A DNA stretch of 62,892 nucleotides, the filler included, from Hyphochytrium catenoides (lineage: Eukaryota > Protista > Hyphochytriomycota): assembly GCA_900088475.1 (NCBI GenBank). It is 14 parts of 14 records of this genome, joined end to end, with 100 filler letters (N's around TTAATTAATTAA, not from the genome) between each part and the next. Parts side by side here need not be neighbours in the genome. Positions count along the whole stretch, not along the records: positions 24,340 to 34,898 come from FLMG01002797.1; positions 34,999 to 43,373 come from FLMG01004731.1; 12 more parts are not named here. One strand, 5' to 3'. The notes beneath the pieces are model-generated. The model had not been told where the DNA came from and ran no database searches. It worked only from the letters and a program-made list of their open reading frames with translations. This document shows, one piece after another, positions 24,340 to 37,331 of this stretch. Both the position numbers and the translations under genes were made by a program. The stretch's first letter is position 1, and the number at the start of each line of letters is the position of its first letter.

Positions 24340-25487
24340 CTTTGACTGCATGGACTTGGACATAGGGAGACCGCGGCGGTGGTGTTTGTACGCATAATAG
24401 CTGTGAGAGCCAATGAGCCGTGCAGAGATAAGATGAACGGTTAGATCGCTGACTCAGTAGATACAGACAAAGGCGAGAGAAAGGACTCTAAGGGAGCAGG
24501 AAACAGAGGGCTCTCTTCTCTCCGTTGTCACTCACGGTATCACCACTGTCACTCTCTTCGCGCTCGCTCTTCTAGCGGCAGTGACCATGAGAATCAGCTC
24601 CATCACTGTGTCATTCACCGGCGCTTGAAGGCTCTGACAGAGGTACACATCCCTTCCTCTCACGCTTTCTCCGATCTGCACAGAGACTTCCCCGTCCGAG
24701 AAACGCGTAGAGTTCATCACCCCAAGCTTGCTCCCCAGATGGTGAGCGATCTCCTCCGCTAGGGGAGTGTTCGAGTTGCCAGAGAAGATGGCTAGCTCGT
24801 GGCATCCGGGGACGAAGCGCCCTAGTAGCCCCCAGAGAAAGGAACAAAGAATGCAGATCGGGTGAGATCCTCAAGCTAGTAAGGGCAAGATCCTCACCAC
24901 TTCCAGATCTCTCTCTCGAATATCGTTATTTCCCCCTGCTATCCGCTCTTTCTCTCCCTCTCCCTCCCTCTCTCTCTCTGCCTCTCTCTCTATTAGCATA
25001 GTTCTTCCGCGGCCTTCCACCTTTCTCCTCTCTCGGTCTCTCTCTCTCTCCCCCTAATTCTCGATTTTCCCTGTCTCTCTCTCTCTCTCTCTCTCTCTGC
25101 GTGGTTGCCTTAAGCCCGTTTCCTGCTTTGATCCTTGTTCTGATCCCTAATCCCTCTATAAGACTGCTTCTTCAGACTCTTAGCATGAGATCACGGAAGA
25201 TCGGTACCTGCATAAGTGCATGGATGATGTGAGGGCTGCTTGTGGTTCGCAGGGATGACAGCCTTGCTGGGATACTCGTTCAGCCGCCTGGATTGCTCTG
25301 TTAGAGCCTCAGCGGTCAGGCCGGCGGCTAAACCAGCGCCAAAGACGGCAGCAAGGGCGGTAAGAGAGAGCTTTGAAGGGGATGAAGAAGAAGAGGTGAA
25401 GGCTCTGAAGCTGCTGAAGTTCCGCTGGGGCAGGGACTTGAGCTCTGCCAGTCTACCGACATTGCGGATGGTCCTAGAGAGCAGCAT
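24340..25487 (-). CDS. PRS: Ribose-phosphate pyrophosphokinase (PRPP synthetase) family, N-terminal half, with presequence; 3'-truncated
   Basis: AIFSGNSNTPLAEEIAHHLG..RFSDGEVSVQIGESVRGRDVYLCQS..VNDTVMELILMVTAARRASAKRVTVVIP|YYAY; Arg/Ser-rich N-terminus MLLSRTIRNVGRL. Confidence 0.9.
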
Positions 25488-25521
25488 GGTGGCGCTCTAT
25501 CGCGGCGATAGGGGAGAGAGA

Positions 25522-25558
<37 letters not shown>

Positions 25559-25932
25559 GGATTAACTAAGATGAGGTGTTTCACGAATATGTGCTTGTGG
25601 TCCCTGTCACCAGCAACCTGAGGCCATTCTGAGTAATCAAGGGAAAGAGCCTGGCCTGTGGACACTTTCGTCTAGCGCCTAGCGCTGTGGCTGGGAAGGA
25701 GACTGGAAGCGTGTTTAGGAGCTCAATGCTGACGGCGCATCAGATGATTTAGGGACGGAGGAGGGAGCACCGGTCGCTGGTCTTCAACTTCCATCAGTCA
25801 TCAGACCAATCCTTCTTCCCTCCTCTCTTCTTATCGCTCAAGTATTTGGATTGATCCCAGCTGACCTCCCTTTCCTCATCCGCTACTTCCTACTCTCTTT
25901 GCTTCCTTCTCTCTCTCTCTCTCTCTCTCTCT

Positions 25933-26000
<68 letters not shown>

Positions 26001-26282
26001 TTCTCTCTCTCTCTTTTTCTCTCTTTTCTTGCCCTCTTCCTCTCTTTTTCTTGCTCTCTTTCTCTCTCTCCCTCTTCCTCGTCCTGTAGGACTGACTGTA
26101 TGAGAAGGGTGGTGGGACTGAGGGCGAGAGGTCCAGGGGGTGGTCTGAAAGGATCATCCATCCTGACTCCTGGGGTATTCCTGTAGACCGCAGGAAGCCT
26201 GAAGGAGTCCTGAAGGGTTATAAGTTCTGACCTGTCCCACGCTACTGGAGAGGACAGACAACTTTCTCCTCCTCTCTCTCTT

Positions 26283-26326
<44 letters not shown>

Positions 26327-26724
26327 CGTCTCTCTCTCTCTCTCTCTTTTTCTCTCCCCCTCTCTCTCTCTCGCTCCCTCTCTCTCCTACTGTCTCCCCT
26401 TTCTCTCTCTTTTTACAAAGTCTCTCTCCCTTCTTTGTAAGTCTCACTCTCCTGCTCCCCTTTGCCCTTTGCCCCGCCAGGGTTCTGAAAGAACCCACTA
26501 GTACCATTATTGCCCCTGGTAAGCTTGCCTTCCGTGAGCCACGACAGGACAGCCAGAGAGCTTATCGCGCCTGCCCGGAGAACAGGCCTGGGAGCTCACT
26601 TTGCGTGGGACGATCGCCTGCTGGTCGAGAGCTTGTCGGCCAAGACGCTAAGAGAAGAAAGCTTCCTATTATGCCCTGCTAGAGACGTGCAGAGACCTGT
26701 AGAAGGCGTAGCGAGGTGGCAGTG

Positions 26725-29700
26725 ATGGCCTCCTCATCCTCTTACCCGTACTCTGAAGCGCGGAGAGAGCAGCTGAGAGGACAGATCGAGGTTCCAGACG
26801 TCAACAACACGATTCTCCTTGTTAGGTACATCGCCACTGCCAAGCAATTGCAGCTACAGGTAAGGAAGCACGGAGTCTGCTCAACCATTGCATCTGCTTT
26901 TTGGTGCGATGACTCTGTATGGCGCATCCTCCATTGCAGCCGACTGCCACGATGAGATCTGCTCTTTCTACTTCTCTCTCCTGTGGGGCTTCCTTTGTGT
27001 CTCTTGGCGTCTTCTGGTTCCTCTATCACCCTCTCAACACCGCGTCTGTCCATCAGGCGAGTGAGTATTGGAAGCAAGGGGATTTGAACAATGCGTATGT
27101 GTACTTCCAGAGAATGCTGCGGTAAGAGATCTCTGACTGACGACTCTCTACTCCTCCCTCTTCCCATGCACCTTCTTTCCCCGCTCTCCCTCTGTCACTG
27201 AGTAGTGATGGTCTACGGTCTAAAGCTCAGTCAGTTGCTTCCATGTCGTTGCTGGTCCTCCCTGCTGCCTTAGCTGCTCTCATGCTATCTCCTGCCCTCC
27301 ATCGCACGGCATCTCCACTTCCAAACCATTCTTCGTCCTCCTTTTGGCGTTGGATTACCTTGCTCCTCCGGCCACTCGGCTCGTCGCTCTTCACTTTTTC
27401 AGCCGCCCCTTCTACTTCGGCCCTCTCTCTCTCTCTCTCTCTCTACCTCTCTCTCACTTTCTCTCTCTGTCTAGATCATTCCCCGTCTCCCGTCGTGTGC
27501 TCGTCCATTGTTCCCACTCCTGCCTGATTCTCTACATCTCGCATCATTTTGCAAGCAATCTTTTCATCTCTCCCCTTGTCGCTCACAGCCGCATACCTCT
27601 CTCTCTCTTTCTCTCTCTGTCTAGATCCTTCCCCGCCTTCCGTCGTGTGCTCGTCCATTGTTCCCACTTGCTGCCTGCTTCTCTACATCTCGCGTCATTT
27701 CTCAAGCATTTTTTCATCTCTCCCCTTGCCGCTCACAGCCGTATATACCTCTCTCTCTCTTTCTCTCTCTGTCTGGATCCTTCCCCGCCTCCCGTCGTGT
27801 GCTCGTCCATTGTTCCCACTTGCTGCCTGCTTCTCTACATCTTGCGTCATTTCTCAAGCATTTTTTCATCTCTCCCCTTGCCGCTCACAGCCGTCTATTC
27901 ACAGGCTATGCCTCTACGTCATCCCCAAGCACAATGCCTATGCCCAGCCCAAGTATGCCAAAGATATCGCCTGGATCAAGGCGGTAAGGAGGTTCTCTAT
28001 CTGAAAGAGTAGCATCCCAGAACAATGGGCTAATGCATTGCATTCTATCAGGTTGCCCCGAAGACTGGGGAAGCTCTCACGCAAGTGGTGCAGCAGATGG
28101 AGGAGGAGGAGAAATTTCTTCTTGAGGAGAGAAGAAAAGAGATACACAGAGAGGAGAAAGGGACAAGAGGAAGGAAACTGGTACGAATGAACTCTGAGGA
28201 TCTGGAGGCAGAACTATTTTCTCCTTCCTACAGCTTCAAGGACCTTAACATAGGGACGACCCAGATCAGTGAGTCATCTCTCTCTCTCTCTCTTTCCGCT
28301 CTTATTGTCTCACTTCTGGTCTTTCTGGCCTGTGGAGTCCTCTCAGTCTCACCTTGCGTTCAAGTTGTCTGATTATGTTCTCCATCTCTTGCTGGTGTCA
28401 TAGACGAAGGCCCCTCCACCTTGACTCTCCATCCTCCAGAAGCCACTCCTCCTTTACTCCCTCTACCATCTCCGGAAAGCCAGGGCAAACAGAACTCAGG
28501 CTCTAGTCTCTCTCCCACGTCTGCTGACGTGAAGGAAGCACTCAGTGTCCTTTTTCCAGTCAGTTCAACGTCTAACTACCCGCAAAGTATAGGTAAGAGA
28601 GCCCGGCTCCTTGTGCTCTTGTGGGGCCTGTACGGTCAACTCTATGTTGAAGCTCTAACTGTTCTCTTCCCATCCTCTTCTGCAACCTCTGAACCTCCCC
28701 TAGCTTCGAGACCTGCTCCTCCAGTCTCGTATCCCCAACTCAGTAGCGTGTATAGACAACCAGCGGTAGAGCAGGAGAGGCCGACGCCATTGCCTCGTGG
28801 CAATTTGCATCGAATGCCGTCAAGCCTTTTGTCCATAAATCACCTGTACACACCGTCTCCTTTCTCTCCGTCCTTCTTCCACTTCCTATACTACCCCCCA
28901 ACCCTTCAACACTCTCATGGGATTTTGAGTGTCTCTTTCTAGCAATCAGAGTACCTCCCATTTCTTCCTCGATGCTTTTGGAAGCCTCTCTTCTTCTTAG
29001 GTTTCTAAGACGGGCTCTCCCTGCCTCCGTCTGTCCCTCTTCACACTTCATTCCCGTCGCCTCGGTGTCTTTCCTCTATCCTAGCAAAGATCCTGTCTTA
29101 CTCATCCTGAACTGCATTCTCTAGGGAACGGAGCATCACTTTTCCCAGTGACTTGATTAGTCGCTTTCTCGTCCTGGCGGAGCCCAATACTAAGAAACAG
29201 CCCTATGGCATTGAGACCTGTGGCATACTTGCAGGGATAGTGGTAAGTCTGCAGAGATAGTCTCTCTCTCTCTCTCTCTCTTTACCCCTTTCTGGCTCTT
29301 CTTGGACAGTCGATACTGATTCGCGATCACCGATCGCTAATGCTCTCTTCTCGCTACGATCAATATAGTCCCATAATGACCTCGTGGTGACCACTCTAGT
29401 TATCCCTAAGCAAACGGTAAGTCAGCAAAGGGAGAAGATTAGCTCCTTCTTCTCACAAAGCTATGTCATTTAAGGGTACATCAGACTCCTGCACCATGGA
29501 GAGTGAGGAGGAACTGCTAGAATTCTGCTCGATGCATTCTCTTCTGGTCCTGGGCTGGGTACACACTCATCCACGGCAAAGCTGCTTCATGTCCTCTCTC
29601 GACATGCACACACAGTGCGGATTCCAGGCCATGATGCCAGAGGTAGGCAGGACTCTATGAGAACACATCCAGTCCCTCGCACTTCCAACAATTTGGGGCC

Positions 29701-30101
29701 TCGATCACTGTGATGGTTGCTATCTTGCGAGTCACTCCTTTTCTTTATTTGTGCTTGATCTCATCTGACACGAAGCAAGCCTGGCTAATCTTAACAACCG
29801 TGATGGCAGGCTCTTGCCATTGTCCTGGCCCCAGAAGATAAAGAGCAGCAGTAAGTAACGGATTCTGTTATCGCCCACCACTTACGGGATGGTCAAGCGT
29901 CCTTCACCGCTCCGATATGGTTGTCGTCTGATAGTTTTCCTCCTCAGGGTTGGCATCTTCCGCTTGACTCCGTCAGGGCTGAAGGTCATTCAGCTCTGTC
30001 GACTGTCAGGCTTCCACCCCCACTCAGAGAGCAATCTGTACGGCACGGCCCAGGGTGTGCAACAAGTGCAGCGAGCCATCAAGCTGGTGGATCTCAGATA
30101 G
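26725..30101 (+). CDS. AMSH: AMSH/STAMBP-like JAMM (MPN+) deubiquitinase with N-terminal USP8-dimer/MIT-like domain
   Basis: Motifs GDLNNAYVYFQR..LYVIPKHNAY; GIETCGILAG; LVIPKQ|GTSDSC; LGWVHTHPRQSCFMSSLDMHTQCGFQAMMPE|ALAIVLAP; GIFRLT..GFHPH..VDLR*. Confidence 0.92.
27440..27900. repeat. Intronic tandem repeat, ~150-bp unit x3, (CT)n-jointed
   Basis: GTCGTGTGCTCGTCCATTGTTCCCACT near 27492, 27642 and 27794. Confidence 0.9.
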
Positions 30102-30271
30102 ATAGACACTGCAAAGGAACGGAAGAGGTAGAGCCTGTGGAGGAATGCGCTACCAGCTACAACTAAGGCTGACGCAGACCAAAACAGACAGAAGGGCCAC
30201 AGCGACAGCAGAAATTATTTATTGACTAATAAATAGACGGTCTAGTAGTATCCGCTCCTTCGTGCCAAGGG

Positions 30272-33200
30272 CTAGGAAGAAGTGCCCTGGATCGACTGCT
30301 GCTCTGCCCTTTTCGCCTCTCTCTCTCTCTGTTCCTTCAACAGCCTCGCCATCAAGGAGGCATACTCTGCTTTCTTGACCGCCGGTCCTTCCCACGCAGC
30401 GACGAATTGTAATTTCATTGCCCGCTGATGCCGAAAGATATAATGGGTTAAGAAGAAAAAGCAAGGAAGAGAGAGCAGGGTCAGTGCGCTAAGAAATGGA
30501 CACCAGCGAGCAGGGACAGAGGGCACATAGAAAGAGCCAAAGGCTAGGACGAGCGTGAGAAAGAACCGCAAGTTACTGAAGAGATTGACAAAACAACGAA
30601 AAGGACGGGAAGTCTCACCCTCCCATTCGCCAGCCTCCTGTTGAGGTTGAACTCTAAAGTTCCTCGAAGCTTCTGCACCTCTTCTGCCATCTTGATTCTA
30701 AGCGCCTTCAGCTCTGCTGCTGCTTCCTTCCTGTCTATCCTCCCCCATTTGCTATCCAACAGATCATCCACATCTGCATGGGGCAGATTCCAGTACACTA
30801 TGGCACGGCGAAGATCTTTCTCAACTGCCACCTAGCAAGTAGCAATGACAAAGAATGGAGAGAAGAAGAGCTACCGTTAGCTTCAGATGATTCCAGAAGC
30901 ACAATGACGGTGGCAGCGACATGATAGGGAATTGGACAGTGGGAATGCTCAAAACATACCGCGAAAAGAGAGCTAGAGAAGGCGAGGAAAAGAGCAAGAG
31001 AGAAAGAGAACTAGAGAAAGCCATAGAAGCAAAAGCATACCGTGGAGACCAAATCCAAGATGGAGACAAACAGTGAACGATAGGTTGCTACTATGCAATG
31101 TCGACCGACTGAGCCAGGAAAGCCTCCACGTACCTCTGTGAGTGCTATAGGCAGGTGCTCAACGAAGAGTCTGCCTCTATGAACTGAACCTTCCATTAAC
31201 GCATCGCTGAGTTCTTCCTCAACCCTTCTCGAAAGGCGGATCTGCGAGCGAGAGACAGAGGCGGCAGAGGTTTTCTTCGACTGGGGAGAGAGGGACTCCA
31301 ATCCCCGACTAAGGAGATGTGCTACCAAAGAAGAGCAAACAGGCCATTGTTAGTGAGGCTATTGCGCTAGCTACGAGGCGGAAACGCCAATATGATCCCC
31401 AAGAGACCGAGAAGAGGCAACGATGGTTGGTATGAAGTTCACGTAGACTGGGCTAGGAGTGACATTTATCGCGGGGTCAGAAAGCCTGCACTCTTACCCA
31501 TTCCTCTCTTCTTAACTTCCTCTTCGTTGTACCAGTTCTTGCCATGCTTGTCCCTCCTTTCTGAAACTAGCTGGAAAGGGTTTAACTCCTTGAGCGCCTC
31601 GGCTCTATCAAAGTACGTCCTTTCGGCGCCAGTGCTTGCCGAAGAGACCTCATCTTCTTCACTTCTCTTCTCCTCTGACTTGGCTAAGGGGGATGCAGGC
31701 CGACCTTTACCAATCCCTCCTGCTTTCCTTCTGCCCTCCGTACACGCCGTGGTAGAATAGGACCTTCGTTTCGCCGCTCTTTGCTCCTTCCGCGTCAACG
31801 GGCGAGATGAAAGAGAGCCTCTCTCTTTAATGAACGCGGATGAAGTGGTTGACCTTGGCGATGACATGGTAGGTGGAAGGTCGCCAGCTGCGTATCCGCT
31901 GTCATCCACTTCTGCCTCTTCTCTCTCTCGAATGACCAACCTCCTATTTGACGCACTGCTAAAAGATCTTTCAAAATCCTCGTCAGACACATAGACCTCG
32001 CCTGCAGAGGAAGAATGGCTTAAATCCAACTCTGTGTGATCTGAGGAACGTAAAAAGGGATAGAGTAAGAAAGGACACTGACAACTGGGTACCCAGAACC
32101 ACGTAACGTAAAGGCGCCCCAATCGGAAAGAGGCAGAGTACTCGTGCCGAGGCGCGCATCAAGGCGAAACAAAGAGAGAAAGGGAGCGCAGGCAACAAGC
32201 CGAAAAATCACGAACAAGAGACAAATGAGCAGTTTCTCGGGTAGACATAACAGAAGAGACGATGCGAGATGAATGTGCTGCGTGTAAGATGATGACGATG
32301 CTCACTCTTCCGGGCTTGCAAATTATCGAGGTCAACATTGTTCCGGTGCTTGAAATAACGCTTGAAGCCTAAGCAGCTAGAAAATTAGCGTCTCTGGCCT
32401 CTGTTTAGGCTTCAAGCTCCTCCCACATCCATCCTCTTCCCTCGCAAAGCCTGTCTCTTCTTTCCTTTCCCCTCTCCTACTTCCATTTCGTCATACCTTC
32501 CTCGAAATCATCATCTGCATCGTAGTCAAAGCCATCAGGTTCTACGTCAACTCCAAAACCTGCCTCTCCTGAAGGGCCCTTCTGGGAACCGTCTGCGGGA
32601 AGTGAAGGCTAAGAGACCACAGGCCAATGACATGGACAAAGAACAAGAAGGAAGTCATAGCCAGAAGAAAGGAATGCAGTGCACGATTTACACTACAGAG
32701 CAAAGATCAAGGATAATCCAGTCCAAAAGGTGGGCAGAGGTGGGGAGGCTCACCTCCGCCTGCTTGCCACCCAGGATCCGGGGTCCATCGCCGTTGTGCC
32801 GCTCCCGGATACCATTCTCCTCCTCTAGAGATCATCTCTTGCGCTATCTTATACATATCCTAGCATAAGAGCAAAGCGGCACCAATAAGAAAGAAGAAGG
32901 AAGATAGACCCGAAGGACGCGATATCAGACGTGAGCCACAGACTGTGCTCATAGTGCCGAAAAGCTGCACTGAACTCAACGTAAAGCCAGACTATGGACA
33001 TCCTGACTTACCGGCTTGTTATTGGGAAGTAGATAGTGCCCAAAATCGAGGTCGGACATTCTAGGCGCCGATGCGAAGGAGGAGGTTAAAAAGGCACGGC
33101 ATTTAGAGGTAAGTAAGACTGAGACAAGTGAGAGAAACGGTTGAACTGAGGAAAGAGTCAAGAGAAAGGAAAGAAAGAAAGAGGAGAAGAGACACCAACG

Positions 33201-34272
33201 CTGGAGCTGGCTATAGAGCGAAAAGGGCTGAGCTAGATTAAGGCGAGGCGGAAAGACAGTGCTGACGTGCTCCTTTAGCCCTGACGAAGAGGAGGGGACA
33301 GATAGCTTCACTCACTGCTCTAAGCCCCTCAGAGCTAAGTCAACCATCTGTCGCAGATCGTCCGTCTTATGTCTTTTGATGGCCTGCTCCCCGAACATAT
33401 CCGCCTGTTGATGGTGGCAAGTCCTTTAGTCACTTGACAGGAGAAAGAGCGAAATGGCAAAATGAAAGGAAGAAATGGAAAGGTTGAAGACTTAGCAACA
33501 TAAAAGAAGAATATAGGACACAGATAGGGAGAAGACCCCAGTGAGAGGAAGACCCACAAAGAGAGAGAGAGAGATATATAGAGAGAGAGAGAGACAAAGG
33601 AGAGAGAGAGAGAGAAAAGAGAGAGAGAGAGAAAGAGAGAGGAAAGAGAGAGGAAAGAGAGAGAGAGAGAGGGGCAAGAGAGAGAGAGAGAGAGAGAATG
33701 GTACAACTGGTCCACAGTAAGCTTACAAGAGCCTGCAGAGACTCCCGAGTCTCCTGCGGTTCTCCAGAAGGCCCATCATCGTTAGCACTTTTCTTCGCTC
33801 TTCTCCTGCGAGTTCTCCGTCGGGTTGGTCTGCCTCTCAACCTCTTATCTTCTTCGTCTGACGAAATTTCAGAGTCATCACTCTCAGACTCAGAGGTAAG
33901 CTCTTCCTCGTGGTCCTCCTGTCCCTCATCATCCTCCGCTAGCAGTCTCTTTTCCAGTGCCTCAAGATCCTCGTCGTCATCGTCACCTTCGCCTCTGAAG
34001 TCTGACTGCCTTACTTGGGCTTTAAAGTTGAGCCCACCCTGTCCTGGCCGGCCCCAAGCTTCCTGTGGGACATCCCAGGGGCCCCTTCTACCGCCCTTGC
34101 CACGCGAGAAGTGCCTGCAGACCTGGGCTCGGGCCTTGACGAGAGGAAGCGTGGTCTGTTGGCTGCCAAGAGGACGAAGGAGCTGATAGTACTGGTGATA
34201 TACAGAGCCGATAGCGCGAACGGGAGCTGATAGATCCCTTCGAAGCACGCCTGACAGGTACGGCAGCGTCAT
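30272..34272 (-). CDS. About 10-exon putative mitochondrial protein: presequence, ~500-aa acidic/low-complexity region, C-terminal RbfA-like domain
   Basis: Exons 1-8 join in phase with GT-AG sites, including ..KKRGM|AHLLSRGLE across an intron at ~31323-31497. The C-terminal SRSQIRLSRRVEEELSDAL..IALTE|VAVEKDLRRAIVYW..MKLQFV resembles RbfA (R..Rv...i..el..il...vtvt.V.vs.DL..akVy...P.L.F). Confidence 0.6.
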
Positions 34273-34856
34273 GTTGTCCGCTCGTAGCTGCCTTCTGAAC
34301 CCACGACGCCAAGCCAAGCCTTCCCTTTAGGCCAGCAAGCAGTCCTTCAGCCTCGTAGCTCCAGCTAGGATAAGCCTCCGATGACTCCCGGAAGGAGAGT
34401 GTAAAGAGATGGGGAAAGAAAAGAAGCGTTCAAAGAAAGAGAAGAGGACAAGATGATTGGAATGATTGCTTGAGCTAGAGCACGTGCTATGAACAGCTGC
34501 TGCGGAAGGTGCCGATGTGGATAGAGAGAGAGAGAGAGATAAACTGGAGAAAGAGGGAGAAGAAGGGAGCGAGAGGGATATCTTAGTTAGCAGTAGAGAG
34601 GGAAGAAAGGATGACAGAGGAGCAAGCGTTGGGCAAGGAAGGAGAGAGACATTTAGGAAGAGTGGCGAAAAAGAGACGGGAAGACACCTGGGAAGAGGGG
34701 AGGACCGAGATAGAACCATAGAACTGCGAGAGCGATAGGGAAAGAACCGCGCCTTTGAAAGACAGACAGTGTGGGAGAGAGAGGAGAGAGCGGAGAGGGC
34801 GAGCGAGCGAGAGAGAGAGCGAGAGAGAGAGCGAGAGCGAGAGAGAGAGAGCGAGC

Positions 34857-34890
<34 letters not shown>

Positions 34891-34998
34891 GCGAGAGCNN
34901 NNNNNNNNNNNNNNNNNNNNNNNNNNNNNNNNNNNNNNNNNNTTAATTAATTAANNNNNNNNNNNNNNNNNNNNNNNNNNNNNNNNNNNNNNNNNNNN

Positions 34999-35053
34999 CT
35001 TCCCCACCAACTCTTCCATCTTCTTCACCCGGAACTTGTCCGACGAGCCCACC

Positions 35054-35090
<37 letters not shown>

Positions 35091-36407
35091 CAGGCACAGA
35101 GAGAGAGACAGACAGACAGACAGAAGAGAGAGAGAGAAAGAGAGTGAAAGAGAGAGGAAGAGAGAGAGAGTCAAAGAGAGAAGGAGAGATAGAAGTGTAT
35201 AAGAGAAGGGAAGAGACAGACAGGAGGAAAGAGGACAGAAGGGACTTTAGAAAAGAAGAGGGTTAACAGCAGGGCAGCCAAGAGACATGAGAGAGAGAGA
35301 GAGCAGCACTAAAGATGAAAGGTCATAATAAAAGAGAGAAAGGACGCAAGAGAGAAGATGTCCTTCTCCCTTAGCCCCACATCATCAATTGTCTCTCGAC
35401 CCAAGACCTCCCTCTTCTCCCTTAGCCATCCCCTTCCCCGTTGTCCAAAGGTCTCTCTTTCTTTTCTCAATCTATCTCTCTCTCTTTCTCTCTAACCTGT
35501 CTCCCCAGCAGGTGCTTCAGCGTGAACTCCTGGTCATTGATCTTGCCCATGGCCTCACAGTTCATGAGGTCCCAGAGAGGGTTAGGAGACGTGCGATACG
35601 GCTTGGAGAGAGCGTACAGAAAGACGATTTTTGCTGTCTCTCCTCCCGCGTATCGCATCTCTAAGTCAATATTCGTTATCTTCAGGCTCTCCAGCGACAG
35701 ATTCAGATCAAAGCCTAAGAAGGTACTGGCAAGGGATACGACGGAGCAGAAGAGAGAGAATGAGAGTTATGAAAGAGAGAGCAATTGAGAGAGAGAGAGG
35801 GAGAGAGAGAGAGAGAGCAAAAGGAAAAGAACAAAGGGAAAGCGGTACACAGAGGAAACTTATTCAGAGAGAGATACCTAAATAGTAGAAGAGATAGGAC
35901 GAAAGACGATTAAAGAGAACAAGATAGAGCGAACAAAAGGGGGAGAATATGTAGATACATATAGAAATAGAGAGGACAAGAAAGAGGGAGAGAGAGAGGG
36001 GACGGATAAGCTAGAGAGATGGAGAGAGAGATGAGGAAAAGAGAAGCAGAGAGGGAGGAACCTCATGGACTGTGGGCTGTAGACCTTCCACTCGCCGCTG
36101 TTTCCCTCGGCTCTGGATCCGTTCGGGACCGTGATAAACCCTGAGACATGGGAGCTGGACCCATGCCGATTGACACAGAGACAGAACCAGGAGCATGAGG
36201 GAGAGTGAGGGAGAGAAGGAGAGAGAGAAAAGAAGAGGTAGATAGTATCAAGGGATACATCGCTTCTAAATGAGCGAGAGGGCATCATTCAGCTAGAGAA
36301 GCATGACAAGATAGAGAAAGGAAGGCTTGGGAGATCAAAGAAGGAAGAGAGAGAAAGAGAATGAGGGACAGAGAGACAGGAGAGAGAAGGGAAAAGAGAG
36401 AGAGAGA

Positions 36408-36459
<52 letters not shown>

Positions 36460-37047
36460 TAAAGAGAGAGTACCAGACTATTTCTGTCAGAGGCAGTTGG
36501 GGCCACTTTCTAAGTCTCCTCCAGGAGAGAGAGAGGGCGATGCTTTGTGCCTTCACTTGGCTGTTGCTGTTCCTCAGCTGCACGCCATGAAGGACCGCGG
36601 TCCTGCTGAAAAAGAAAGCTCCATCCACTCTCTCCACATCCAGTTCCAGGCCTAGCGAGTCCTGAGGAAGATATAGAAAGAGAGGAGAGAGTGTGCGGGA
36701 AGTGGAAAGAGAGATAAAGAGAGAGAGAGAGAGAGCAGACGAGAGAGAGAGACGGGAAGGAGGGTCAGAGAGAAACAGAGAGAACGATGAGAACGATGAG
36801 AAAGAAGATAGAGAGGGGGAAAATGGCATAATTCTTGTGAGGAGGAAAGGGAAGGAATAAGGGGTGGATTAAAAAAGGAGACCTACGATTCCTCGTTGTC
36901 TGTCTCACTTGGATTGGAGAAAGAGAGAGAAGGGGAAGAAAGGGCGAGAGAAGAAGACGAGAGAGAGTGAGAGAGACCCAGAGCGGCAAGAAGAAAGACG
37001 AAAGAGGGAAGTCTTTCCTGGCCGCTGGAAGAGCTATAGTGCAGAGG

Positions 37048-37079
<32 letters not shown>

Positions 37080-37331
37080 GGGACAGAAACAAAGAGACAG
37101 AGAAAGAGAGAGACACAGACAGAGAAAAAAAGAGAGAGAGAGAGAGACCTTCAGAAGCTTCGCCAGTCTCTTCACTAGAAGTCTGCAGATGGGCGGGCCG
37201 ATAATCTTCCCAATGTACCAGGTAGACAGCGGAGGGATGATGATCGCCAGCGCAGTGAGGTAAGGAAGCCAGGCCCAGAAGGGAGAAGGAGACGAAGGAA
37301 GAGAAGGCGTCTCGGCATCCATCTCCATCAC
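34999..37331 (-). CDS. N-terminally membrane-anchored beta-rich protein, Mdm31/32- or AsmA-like; 3'-truncated
   Basis: TM segment FWAWLPYLTALAIIIPPLSTWYI, then DSLGLELDVERVDGAFFFSRTAVLHGVQL (AsmA_N-like) and LSLESLKITNIDLEM..SKPYRTSPNPLWDLMNCEAMGKINDQEFTL. Family assignment is from remembered motifs only. Confidence 0.45.

Noticed and set aside
31466-32122. Stand-alone gene ending at 31466
   Set aside because: A strong donor before the stop splices in phase to the RbfA-like exons, so it is treated as an internal exon.
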